DNA from: Chiloscyllium plagiosum | Lineage: Eukaryota | Direction of reading: 5' to 3' | Length of the DNA stretch: 20,000 nt | Assembly (NCBI RefSeq): GCF_004010195.1 | Contig: NC_057718.1 | Span: 59,021,666-59,041,665, forward strand | Part shown: piece after piece, positions 1-10,579 of the stretch | Layout: each line of letters opens with the position of its first letter | Position numbering within the stretch: the stretch's first letter is position 1 | Program-made: the position numbers and the translations under genes | Notes under the pieces: model-generated | Database searches by the model: none | The model's input: the letters and a program-made list of their open reading frames with translations, nothing else | What the model was told of the DNA's origin: nothing

Positions 1-919
1 CATCAGTTTAAATTCCTAGTGCCCACCCTATTTATTCTTTTTGCTAGCCCCAGATTGGTTCAGGTGGAGACCATCCCAACGATACAGGTCCCTCCTGTTT
101 CAAAACCGATGCCAATGCCCCATGAAATGGAACCCCTCTTACCCACACCACTCCTTTAGCCATGTGTTTACTTCCCTAATTTTCTTATCCCTAAGCCAAT
201 TTGTATGTGGCTTGGGTAGTAATCTGGAGATTATAACCTTCGAGGACTTGTGCTTGATAATCCCCAAACAGGTCCTCCTTTCCAGCCTTGCTATGTTGTT
301 TGTCCCAATGTGGACCACAACAATTGGATCCTCGCCTTCCCACTCCAATATCCTTTCAAAGCAGTCAGAGATGTCTCTCACCCTGGCACTAGGCAGGCAA
401 CACACCATGCAGGACTCTCAATCCTGCTTACAAAGGATGCTGTCCCCCTAATTATAGAGTCCCCTACAACTACCACTTGTCTTTTTGCTCCCCCCTCTTG
501 AATCATCTCTTGCACAGTTCAGTGGTCAGCTGGCTCATCCTTGCTACAGCTCTTTTCCTCATCCTCACAGGGAGCTAGTAACTCATACCTGTTAAAAAAG
601 ATCGAGAGCTGAGGCCCCTCCATTCCTGAATTCAGGATCCCTCTACCTGCCTTACTTGCAATCACACACTACTGTTCCTGATCACTGACTGAATTTGAAG
701 TACTTAATCTACCAGGTATAACCTTCCAAAACAAAGCATCCAGGTATTTCTCCTCCTCCTGCATGTGCCACAATGTTTGCAGCTCAGATTCCAGCTCATC
801 AACTTTGAACTGAAGTTCCTTGAGCAACCAACACTTGCTGCAGATTGGTCACTGCAGCTTGCAATGGGAACTGCCAGCTCCCATATCATACAGCTACAGC
901 ACATCACCTGCCTAGACAT
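1..919 (-). mobile_element. CR1 LINE ORF1 remnant (N-terminal Zn-finger + SGNH esterase), frameshifted, runs off window start
   Basis: 704..919 starts MSRQVMCCSCMIWE (CR1 ORF1 C-x2-C-x2-WE motif). 139..408 encodes VCCLPSARVRDI...EGEDPIVVVHIGTNN...KVIISRLLP...NTWLKEWC, the CR1 ORF1 esterase blocks. Confidence 0.9.
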
Positions 920-1189
920 CTCTATTTAGTTAATTACTTTATTAATTTATATAAATGTATTAATGAGTTAATTAATTTATTACTACTTCTTTGCTGTGTT
1001 CTTTTTCAAATTTAGTGCGGATTTTCTACCGGCCAATCGAGTCATGGCTTCCTTGTAACATAACTCCAGATATTTTTTTGCAGCTACAATGTGCCCCAAG
1101 CTCAGTTAGTTTTATGCTCACTCTGTGGTACTGCCCCACCCTATTACTGCTCCCTGCAGTCTAGAAATATTGTAGTGAGTAACTCATAA

Positions 1190-1667
1190 CTCCCTAAAGT
1201 GTGACAACCATCTACAAGGCACAAGTCAGGTGTGTGATGGAATATTGCCCACTTGCCTGGATGAATGCAGCTTCAATCAGCTTGCCATCATCCAGAATAA
1301 AGCAGGCCACTTGCACTGCATCCACAAATATCTACTCCAACCACCACCAAGACTCAGTTGCAGCAGTGTACACCAATTACAAGATGCACTGCAGATATTC
1401 ACTAAAGATTCTTAGAGAGCATCCTCCAAACTTAAGTTCTTTTCCAAAACACTTAGCATTCCTGACTTCGAAATATATCATGAGTCCTTCAGCGTTTTTA
1501 CATCAAAATCCTGGAATTCCCTCACTAACACATTGCAGATCTACCTACAGCATATGGGCTGCAGTGGTTCAGGAGGCAGCTCACCACCACTTCCCAAAGG
1601 GCAACTAGGAACGGGCAATGAATGGTTGCTAAGTGATGCTCACTTTGCATGGGTGAATTTTTAAAAA
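1190..1667 (+). mobile_element. 3' end of a CR1/L2-superclade LINE (post-RT region + 3' UTR), a family distinct from the other CR1 copies here
   Basis: ORF 1201..1608 begins TIYKAQVRCVMEYCPLAW, equivalent to the LY..LVR..LEYC..W motif after LINE RT. It ends GCAGCTCACCACCAC...CAAAGGGCAACTAGG...GGGCAATGAA followed by an A-rich end. Confidence 0.75.
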
Positions 1668-2261
1668 ATTACCACTTCCTCACAATGGACTGAAAAAAGC
1701 CAACAATTGCATGATAACCAAACACATCTTAGATTCTGATTTATCAATTTCATTCAGAAAGCTCCAAAAGGGTGATGATTTCTAACTTATCCAAAAATGT
1801 TGTACTGTAGACTGTATAATGTTGCTATTAGGATAAAGTGATCTAGTAACAAAATTATGAGTGGCATGCGAACAAGATGAGTACAAGAAGGTGGTAACAT
1901 GGTTGTTTACAGGTAGGGAGATTTATGTACATCAGAATTATGTACTTTAGGTTTGTGTTGAACATACTCTGCCACTGGTTAACTTTCTTTCTCTTACTAA
2001 AATTTAAACATGTTGCTTCCCCCACCCCATACCCCTCAACACAAATACACACACATGAAATATGTTTGACTGAAACTGAACTGATATTTATGAAACCAGC
2101 CCCATCACTAATTATCTATCTACAGCCAGACTTTATTGAAAATTGTGTTCTGAGTCCCAAATCCTTAGTCATCTTGGGGATTTAAGAACAGAAATAGATC
2201 ATTTACCCCCTTGAGCTTACTCCACTGTTCAATGCTACCAATTACAGATTTAAAACTGACA

Positions 2262-2510
2262 ATTGATCTAGCATCCTTGGGACACTGTATGTGCGGAATT
2301 TGTACACTCTTCCTGTGTCTGCGTGGGTTTGCTCTGGTTTCCTCCCACTGTCCAAAGTTGTGCAGGTTAGGCGAACTGGCCATCTAAATTGCCCATTTTG
2401 TTCAGGAATGTGCAGGTTAAGGAAATGGGTCTGGGTGGGATACTCTTTGGAGGGTCAGTGTGGACTTGATTAGCCAAATGGCCTGTTTCCACATTTTAGG
2501 CTTTCGATGA
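2262..2510 (+). mobile_element. HE1-type V-SINE of elasmobranchs, 5'-degraded
   Basis: V-domain-like TGTGTCTGCGTGGGTTT...GGTTTCCTCCCAC.GTCCAAAG.TGTGCAGGTTAGG..AA.TGGCCAT.TAAATTGCCC, followed by a CR1-derived tail GCCAAATGGCCTGTTTCCACA. Confidence 0.8.
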
Positions 2511-2517
2511 TGATTAT

Positions 2518-2585
2518 CTCTTTTTCTTTCTCCACAGATGCTGAAAGACCTGCTGAGTTTCTTCATCACTTTCTGTTTTATTATT
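2518..2585 (+). mobile_element. Short Penelope-like terminal-repeat fragment
   Basis: TCTCCACAGATGCTGAAAGACCTGCTGAGTTT...CACTTTCTGTTTT matches 10855-10982 and the antisense pieces at 7647-7693 and 18650-18770. Confidence 0.6.
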
Positions 2586-2989
2586 GTAATTTTTTTTGTG
2601 CAGACTTTGATCACATTTTCAAGACCCGGCCTTCAAGGAAGTGCAAGAAAGAAAGTTAGATGTGGCAGAGATAGGATATTGCGATGGAACCATCACATCT
2701 TGTCAAGAAACTGGACCTGACATGACAACATCTGGGAGAAAGTCAGGGTGACTGAAGTATCGAGACAGCTCAAGAGAGGAAGCAGGGATGTCATGGGTAC
2801 ATCAAACAAAGTCCAGAAATTCACATCTCAAGAGGGACATTGTAATGAACCATACCAGGAAAGCAGAAGTAAGGAACTCCAAGGAGAGGATAGATGATCG
2901 GAGAGGGTCTGAAGAAGAATGTCCTCCAGAGAGACGCTGCCAGAAACTGCAGGTTGAAGAGTGCCATCATTCCACCCAGTTGAAAAAAT

Positions 2990-4975
2990 AAGAACAAAAG
3001 AAAAGTTATACTTTTTCCTTGAGTCTCTCATTAACCATCCATAGATTTTTGTTGATAGAACTTTTGCCTTTTAGTTCTAAACTGGTTCTGTAACATTAAC
3101 TTACTTTTGAATGCCTTCCACTGATTGTCTGTCATTTTACCTTTTAAGAGATTTGGCCAGTTTACTATACACAATCTCTGAGTCAATGCATTGATGTCAG
3201 CATTATTTAATTTCAATATCTTTGCAGCTGATTTGTGTTTCTTCATCCTGAACACTAAATTAAACTCAATCTTATCCTTGCTATTAGCTAAACGCTCATG
3301 CACCATTAAGTTCCTTGTTGATTTTAGGATATAATTCTTCAGCAAAGAGGGTCATACCCGCTCAAGAAATGTACTCTTTTCTGGCATGCTAGTCTGCATT
3401 TCTAAATCTGTAAGCAAGTTAAAACCCCCATTAAATGGCCCTGACTTAACTACATGATAGTTTAACCTTTATGTAATTCAACACTTCACAGCTGCTATCA
3501 AGGACCTATACATAAATATAGTCAAAAGATAATTATAGAATTGTTGCAGCAGAGAATCAGACCTGTACATCTGTTGTGTCATGCCAGTTCTCTGCAAGAA
3601 TAATTCAGGTGGTCCTGACCCTGTTTTTTTCCCTTGTGTTCCTGCAATTCAATCCACAAGGTCTCCATTACTTAGCTTTGTCTCATCATTGTCTTATACT
3701 TAATAATTGAAATGATTTTATTCTTAATCACCAAGTTTACTCTTCCCCTCTCCATTTTCCCCACCTTTCTGGTTTAACCCAGTTGAATTTGATATATTTA
3801 GTGCTGAATAGTGACCATCCAATTTGAATTTATGCCGGTAATTCACATTCATTCCTTACATCCAAGGGTTGTATAAAGAATCCTCACTTGGGTTTTGCAC
3901 TCTTATTGGTTCTTCACAGTTCAAATGTTTCCAATGTCTCTTTTGAATCACTTTACATTATTTTTAAATTTTTCCTATGCCTAAGCAGAATTTCTGATTG
4001 TTACTCTCCTCTCTTTTTGTTTGTTTTTGCAGTATTATTTCTGTTTTTTGTTGCTGAAGCCCTTTCCCCACCAGTGATACTTTTGAAATTCTTATGACCA
4101 CCTATTTGTTTTGTTGAGATCTTGGCTCCAGATCTGGTCAAATGGAGCCAATCCTAATTGTGAAATTCCTTCCTGTCCCAATTACTGATGCCTGTGTTTC
4201 ATGATGTGGAACAAGTCTTCCCAATATTATTGTTTTAGCAAGGGTCCACCTCCCTGTTTTGCTCATTCCTCTTCCAGTGTATATGTGACTTATGTAATGG
4301 TACACTAATTATAATCTTTAAGGTCCCATTGTTTAATTTAGCCTTATACACTTGTATTTATCTCATGTTCTTCGTTCTGAAATAGACCACAATAACTTGA
4401 TCCTCTCCCTCTCTCTGAAATCCTTTCAAACTGGTTCACAATGTCACTTCATTGGCATCATGTAAGCAACATATCATATGGGACTCATGATTCTGCTTTC
4501 CACGGATTCTAATTATTACATCCTCTACAACTAACAAATTACACATCCCTTTTGCTTTCTCCTCATTAATCCTTTGAATGGCTTGTGTGGTTTTTATTCA
4601 GGCTGCCCTGCTGTCTTTTTTTGTCAATACAAAAATCACAAATGCATTATAATGTTGAATGGGATCAACTTCTGAAGATTCTCCTTCTTGATCTCATTTC
4701 GATACCCTCACTCTAAGTAAAATTTGTCACATTATTTCTGTTTTGAATCTGCACCCACCTACTGGGTGTAACTGAAGTTTGGAGCAAACTATCCAAATAC
4801 TGCTCTCCTACCTTTATTATGTCAGAATATTTCCAGCTCACAATCGAGGTCAATAGCTTAGAACCACAGAGATTCGAAATGGGGATATTTACAGTGATGT
4901 GTTAGCTCAGAATGGTTTCACTGTCCTCAAACTCCCACTTACCGCAGTTCAGACACATTGCCTGCTCTGATATCT
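2990..4975 (-). mobile_element. Old CR1 LINE: ORF1 (~4975-4090) and 5' part of ORF2 (~3880-2990), heavily decayed
   Basis: Minus strand near 4930-4968 reads EQAMCLNCGKWEF (ORF1 Zn motif), with EGEDQVIVVY near 4382-4412. ORF 3031..3345 (KIEFNL...LNNADINAL...VNWPNLLKGK...QWKAFK) is the CR1 APE-RT linker. Confidence 0.75.
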
Positions 4976-5149
4976 TTATTTGGGTTATTTGTATTTTTAT
5001 AATCTGCATTTGTTGTTCAAAGTTTTCTTCTTTCTCCCTACTGACTTGTATTAAGCACTGAAGAAAAACTAAATACTTACAGTCTCAAAACATTAGACAC
5101 AAAAAATGAATCTCTTTCAATTTCTGCATCAAATTCAATATCAGCAATG

Positions 5150-6185
5150 CAATGCACCCACCTCTATTTATATTCCCCCCACCTCCAACCCCAATCATGT
5201 CTGAAAATTCTATACCTTGGAATGTTGAGCAGCCAGTCCTACCCTTCCTTCAACCATGCCTCAGTGACTGCAAAAATATCATATTGCCACTTTTTGATCA
5301 ATGGTTTAAGTTCATTTGCTTTACCAATCAAGCTTCTTGGATCAAAATTAGATACTATTTAGCTTTACGGTATTCCCATGCTTGTCTCTTTTCTGCCTGC
5401 TAGACTGTCCTAATATCCCTTCTATGTATTCTGTGCCCCATCTCCCTGTCAAATTAGCTTAAAACCTCAACAACAGCAGGAAGTGCATCCTCCCAGCAAG
5501 TTTATTGGACCCATTCCAGTTCAAGTGCAATCCTTCCAGCTTTAACAGGTCTCACCTGCCCAGAGATTGTTCTATTGATCCAAAATATCTAAAGCCCTCC
5601 CTCTTACACCATTCTTTTCATCACACATTCATCAAACCTATCTTCCCATTCTTATTCTCAATAGCACGTGGCATTGGAAATAATCCAGAAATAACAACAT
5701 TAGTAGTATTCCTCTTTAATCTAATACTTAAATCTCTAAATTTCTGTTCTCAATTTTTTTCCCATGGCATTGTACAACAACTGCTGGCCGTTCACCCTCT
5801 CCTGTCAGCTGCTCTGAGATATCCTTAACCCTGGTACCAGGGAGACAACATACAATTCAAGAGTCTCATTTGTGGTCACAGAACCGCTTGTGAGTTCCCT
5901 TTACAGTTGAGTCCCCTATCGCTAAAGCTCTCCCTGTCGTATTCCTCTCAGCTGTGCAGCAGAGCCAGTCATGGTGCCATGAACTTGATTGTTGCTGCTT
6001 TCCCCTAAAAGGCTACCACCCCCACCTCACCCCCACCCTCCCCAACAATATCCTGCATATCTGTTTGAGAGTGGATGGCCACTGGAAACTGTCTCCCCAT
6101 GCCCATTGGTCTTCCTGGTGGTCACCCAAAGCTTTTCTGTGTAGCCCTTACTTGTGGTGTTACCATTTCACTAAATATGCTATTC
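5150..6185 (-). mobile_element. CR1 LINE remnant: ORF1 esterase and start of ORF2 endonuclease
   Basis: Minus-strand motifs IGDS (~5909-5920), VCCLPG (~5835-5853), GLHLNW (~5514-5534) and AWL...DWLLNIP (~5217-5262). Confidence 0.8.
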
Positions 6186-6190
6186 AAGTT

Positions 6191-6205
6191 GGGGGGGGGG
6201 GGGGG
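6191..6205 (+). repeat. G15 homopolymer
   Basis: 15 consecutive G between two oppositely oriented CR1 remnants. Confidence 0.95.
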
Positions 6206-7133
6206 TGCTCTGCAGTTTGAGAGAGGTGAAATGTGGGCTTAATAAGCAAGAGTATATTACAGGAATTACAGGGCAGCTATTTGGATAATGATACCCAGAA
6301 CATACAAATATGGAAACAAAAAGCAGAAATTAGGTTCAAGAGGGGAAATAATGATAAAACGGCACAAGTAATGGCTTTAAATTTGAATGCGCATAGAATT
6401 TGGAATAAAATAAATGCATGAACCACACAAATGCAGGAAAATGGCTATGATCTTATAACCAATACAGAGACATAGTTACAAGGAGACAAGGAGATCAAAG
6501 CTGGGAACTAAATACTCATGGGTATGTTACTTTCTGAAAAGGATAGCATATTTGCTACTGAATGGTACAAGCATGATAGCAAAACATTATCTTGAATTGA
6601 TAAATATAGAATCCATATGGATGGAGCTAAGTAATATAAAGAAAAGAACACAGTAGGAGTAGTCTATATGCCCCTGAGCAGTAGATATACAATGGGATGG
6701 GGAATAAATCAGGAGATAATGAGGCATATAGCAAAGGCTGTACATTAATCATGGGTGGCTTTAATATTCATGTAAATTTGGATTTTTTGGCAGAGGAAGC
6801 CATAAGGAAGAATTCACAGAGCACATTGAAGATAGTTTCCTAGAACAATATGTTGTTGGTCCAGCCAGGTGTGAGATTATTTTGCCTCTGGTGATGTTTA
6901 AAGAGGCAGATTCAATAAATGATATTATAGTAAAAGAGGCCTTCAGAAACAATGACCATAACATGGTAGAATTTAACATTCAGCTTGAAAGAAAGGAACC
7001 AGGGTTGGAAACAACTATGTAGATTTAAATAAGGAATAATTACAAGGAATGAGACTAAAGCTATCTGTTTTGGATTGTACAAAGTTAAAAATCACACAAC
7101 ACCAGATTATAGTCCAACAGGTTTAATTGGAAG

Positions 7134-7168
7134 CACTAGCTTTCTGAGCTCTGCTCCTTCATCAGGTA
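7134..7168 (-). ncRNA. Minimal type-I hammerhead ribozyme motif (core intact)
   Basis: Minus strand reads TAC-CTGATGA-A-GGAGC aga GCTCA-GAAA-GC-TA-GTG: CUGAUGA and GAAA boxes, stem II hairpin, self-complementary AGCU stem III and short stem I. Confidence 0.7.
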
Positions 7169-7170
7169 AC

Positions 7171-7205
7171 CACCTGATGAAGGAGCAGCGTTCCAAAAGC
7201 TAGTG
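7171..7205 (+). ncRNA. Minimal hammerhead ribozyme motif, mutated (GAAA->AAAA)
   Basis: CAC-CTGATGA-A-GGAGC agc GTTCC-AAAA-GC-TA-GTG. Stem I is CAC/GTG, and the G12 loss is consistent with CpG decay. Confidence 0.6.
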
Positions 7206-7646
7206 CTTCCAATCAAACCTTTTGGACTATAACCTGGTGTTGTGTGATTTTTAACTTTGTGCACCCCAGTCCAACACCAGCATCTCCAAATCATGTAATG
7301 GATTGGAGAAGGAGTTTAGCAGCAAAGATAGTTGAGGAACATTCCAGAAAATAGTTCATGGCTGAGAGCAAATACAAATTCCAATGAGTAAGAAGGATTC
7401 TAGGAAGGGGATAAGCTAACCATGGTTAACCAAGGAAGTTAAGAATAGCAACAGATTGCAAAATAAAATGTGGCAATGATTGATGGTAAGGCAGAGGATG
7501 ATCAAAAATGACCATAAAAGTAATGAGGGAGAAAAAAAAAAAATAAGGGTAAACTTGCAAGTAATATTAAGACAGATAGAAGGGCTTCTTTAAATATATA
7601 AAAAGGAAGAGAGCAGTCAAAGTTAATATAGGCTCCTTAGAGATTG

Positions 7647-7831
7647 AGATTCTGGATCAATGGTGCTGGAAGAGCACAGCAGTTCAGGCAGCAAACCCGC
7701 ACCAATCAACCAAACCGCCCCGTGGCCCAACATTTCAACTCCCTCTCCCACTCTGCCGAGGACATGGAGGTCCTGGGCCTCCTTCACCGCCGCTCCCTCA
7801 CCGCCAGACGCCTGGAGGAAGAACACCTCAT
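7647..7831 (+). mobile_element. Penelope-like element fragment (GIY-YIG C-terminal region) preceded by an inverted terminal-repeat piece, cut by the gap
   Basis: From ~7694 it encodes TRTNQPNRPVAQHFNSLSHSAEDMEVLGLLH...RRLEEEHL (PVA.HFN motif of PLE endonucleases). 7647-7693 read on the minus strand gives TGCTGCCTGAACTGCTGTGCTCTTCCAGCAC, a PLE terminal sequence. Confidence 0.8.
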
Positions 7832-8385
7832 NNNNNNNNNNNNNNNNNNNNNNNNNNNNNNNNNNNNNNNNNNNNNNNNNNNNNNNNNNNNNNNNNNNNN
7901 NNNNNNNNNNNNNNNNNNNNNNNNNNNNNNNNNNNNNNNNNNNNNNNNNNNNNNNNNNNNNNNNNNNNNNNNNNNNNNNNNNNNNNNNNNNNNNNNNNNN
8001 NNNNNNNNNNNNNNNNNNNNNNNNNNNNNNNNNNNNNNNNNNNNNNNNNNNNNNNNNNNNNNNNNNNNNNNNNNNNNNNNNNNNNNNNNNNNNNNNNNNN
8101 NNNNNNNNNNNNNNNNNNNNNNNNNNNNNNNNNNNNNNNNNNNNNNNNNNNNNNNNNNNNNNNNNNNNNNNNNNNNNNNNNNNNNNNNNNNNNNNNNNNN
8201 NNNNNNNNNNNNNNNNNNNNNNNNNNNNNNNNNNNNNNNNNNNNNNNNNNNNNNNNNNNNNNNNNNNNNNNNNNNNNNNNNNNNNNNNNNNNNNNNNNNN
8301 NNNNNNNNNNNNNNNNNNNNNNNNNNNNNNNNNNNNNNNNNNNNNNNNNNNNNNNNNNNNNNNNNNNNNNNNNNNNNNNNNNNNN
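7832..8385. other. Assembly gap (554 N)
   Basis: Run of N. The ORFs that span it are artefacts. Confidence 1.
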
Positions 8386-8574
8386 AGTTCATGGAATGCC
8401 CTGTCAGTAGCAGTGGTGGACTCTCCCTCTTTATGGGCATTTATGCGGGCATTGGATAGGCATATGGAGGATAGTGGGCTAGTGTAGGTTAGGTGGGCTT
8501 GGATCGGCGCAACATCGAGGGCCAAAGGGCCTGTACTGCGCTGTATTCTTCTATGTTCTATGTTCTATGTTCTA
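8386..8574 (+). mobile_element. Relatively young CR1 3' end with (TTCTATG)n tail
   Basis: SWNALSVAVVDSPSLWAFMRALDRHM (CR1 ORF2 C-terminus), 3' UTR GGCGCAACATCGAGGGCCAAAGGGCCTGTACTGCGCTGTA with retained CpGs, and tail repeats at 8549-8574. Confidence 0.9.
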
Positions 8575-9280
8575 GGTGCAACGGGCGGTGAAGAAGGCAA
8601 GTGGTATATTGGCCTTCATAGCAAGAGGATTCAAGGAGAGGAGCATGGATGTCCTGCTGCAACTATACAATGCCTTCGTGAGACTGCATCTGGAGTATTG
8701 TGTGCAATTTTGGACTCCTTATCAAGGGACAGATACTCTGGCTAGTTAGGGGTGCAATGAAGATTTACCAGACTCATTTCTGGGAATGACAGATCTGGTG
8801 TACGGGAAGAGACTGGACTAGATAGGTCCAAATTTATTAGAGTTTAGAAGAACGAGATTGGGTGGTCTGGGAGTAGTAATCTCATAGATACCTATAAAGT
8901 TCCAGCAGGATTAGACAGTGTAGATGCAGGAAGTATGTTGTCAATGAGTGAGGAGTTTCCATCCAGGGTTCACAATCTAAACATTAGGGCTAGGCCTTTA
9001 AGGACAGAGATAAAGAGGAATTTTTTTTCACCCCCAGAGAGTGATGAGCTTGTGAAATTCTTTCCCACGGTAAACTGTTAAGGCCAAATCATTGCAGATT
9101 TTCAAAAAAGATGTAGCTATAGTTCTTAAGACAAAGTGTTCAAAACTTTCAAAGGGTATGGGGAGAAAGCAGGAGCAGGGTACCAAGTTGAATAGTCAGC
9201 CACAATCATATTGAATGGTGAACAGGCTTGAAGTGCTGAATGGCTAACTGCTGCTCCTACATTCTATGTCTCTATGTTTC
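8575..9280 (+). mobile_element. CR1 ORF2 C-terminal region and 3' UTR remnant
   Basis: VQRAVKKASGILAFIARG and LYNAFVRLHLEYCVQFWTP motifs. Ends GAATGGCTAACTGCTGCTCCTACATTCTATGTCTCTATG. Confidence 0.9.
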
Positions 9281-10260
9281 GATAAAAGATATAACAGCAG
9301 AGGAATATTTAATGCATAATAAGCTGAGTCAGCATGGCTTCATGAAGGGGAAATCATGCCTAACAAACTTCGGAGAATTCTTTGAGGAAGTAACAGCAGA
9401 ATGGATAAAGGAAAGCAGTGAATGGTGTATGTTTGGATTTTCAGAAGGCATTTCATAAAGTGCCACACATTAGGCAACTTAATAAGAGTCCGTGGTGTTG
9501 GAAGTTGTATGTTAGCATGAATTGTTGTTAGCATGAATAATTGCCAAACTAATAAAAGACAGAAAGCTGGCAGAAAGGGGGCATTTTCAGGATGACACCA
9601 TGGAACTAGTGGAGTGGCACAATTAGCTGGGCCACAATTATTTACAATATAAATTAATGATTTGGGTGAGTAGCATGAATGTACTATAGCCAAGTTTGTG
9701 GCTGACACAAAAATAGGTGAGAAGGCAAGTGGTGAGGATGACAAGTATTGTCAGCAGAGGGATGTGGCAAGTGTACTGAGTGGGCAAAAAATTGGTAGAC
9801 AGAATATGATGTGTGGAAATGTAAAATTATGCATTTTGGCGGGGAGAATAGAGAGGCTGATTATTATTTAAATTGAGAAAGAATGCAAAAAAAAGCTTCA
9901 TAATAGCGGCATGTGAGAGTCCACAACCACAAACCATAAATAAATCTTGCATCCAATTTCAGCAGGTAAGGCAAGTGGAATTTTGGTCTGTTTTTCAAAG
10001 GGAATTGAGTACAAAATTAGGGAGCTTTTGCTAAAACTTGTGAATCTGTGGAATTCTTTACTACAGAGGACTGCTGAAGTTGGGTCATTAAGTATATTCA
10101 AAACTGAGATTAATTTTTTAATCAGGAACAGAATCGAGAGTTATGGAAAAAAAGGTAGGAAAATGAAGTTGAGGATTATCAAGTCAACCATGATCAACCA
10201 TAAATGGCAGGGCAGACTCGACTGGCTGAATGACCTTCTTCTGCTCCTAGGTTGCATTGT
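9281..10260 (+). mobile_element. CR1 reverse-transcriptase remnant with internal deletions and 3' end
   Basis: SQHGFMKGKSCLTNFGEFFEEVT, LDFQKAFHKVPH, GPQLFTI.INDL and AKFVADTKIG (decayed FADD), VNLWNSLLQR, and a CR1 3' UTR near 10200-10260. Confidence 0.9.
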
Positions 10261-10439
10261 AACTTTTCTCAACAGGTTGATTAAAAGGTTATTTAAAAGT
10301 CTCATATAAACGAATTGAATCAACAAAAGATCGTAGGTAAAATAAAGAGGGAAGTTTGATTAACACAGTTAGAATATGCGAATAGAATGACAGTTACCAT
10401 ACAAGGGAATCTAAGAGTCATTGACAGCTTATAGTAAGT

Positions 10440-10578
10440 TAAGTGATGTCTATTAAGGATACTGAGGGTGATGTAGCTATTTTGATCAGCATGTTCAGCT
10501 GTACTTCCAGGGCAAATGGGACTTGAACTCAAACCTTCTGGCCTAGAGGAAGGGACATCACTACTGCATCACAAGACC
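10440..10578 (-). mobile_element. tRNA-derived SINE head
   Basis: Minus strand GGTCTTGTGATGCAGTAG (A-box-like) and GAGTTCAAGTCC (B-box, 10519-10530) at Pol III spacing. Confidence 0.65.
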
Positions 10579-10579
10579 A

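Larger units (their letters stand above)
7077..7298. mobile_element. Non-coding palindromic Penelope-type element (inverted terminal repeats with hammerhead motifs)
   Basis: Arms 7076-7167 and 7172-7263 are reverse complements (84/92 by manual alignment) around a 4-nt spacer AACC. An unpaired ~35-nt extension follows (7264-7298). TSD TGGATT at 7071-7076 and 7299-7304, and the host CR1 resumes after it. Confidence 0.85.
6340..7645 (+). mobile_element. CR1 ORF2 remnant (APE endonuclease + linker), interrupted by the insertion at 7077-7298
   Basis: LNAHRIWNK (NARSI.NK motif, ~6382), a VY.P motif ~6660, IIMGGFN ~6745, NDHNMVEF ~6951, PWLTKEV ~7420 and FFKYIK.KR ~7586. Many stops and frameshifts. 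Confidence 0.85.

Noticed and set aside
41..501. Plus-strand ORFs 41..451 and 250..501 (likewise 5505..5828, 12552..12848, 12882..13196)
   Set aside because: Antisense shadows of CR1 or Penelope coding sequence.
2908..2947. CTGAAGA...GAAAC resembling a hammerhead
   Set aside because: No convincing stem II or stem I pairing between or around the boxes.
7076..7263. miRNA precursor or DNA-transposon MITE interpretation of the hairpin
   Set aside because: Hammerhead boxes, an asymmetric tail inside the TSD and the arm length fit a PLE inverted terminal repeat better.
7623..8525. Four long ORFs of 218-300 aa
   Set aside because: They are open only because they read through 554 N and join unrelated PLE and CR1 pieces.
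8549..8574. (TTCTATG)n repeat as an independent array
   Set aside because: It is the normal CR1 3' microsatellite tail. No CRISPR-like or prokaryotic features occur anywhere in the window.
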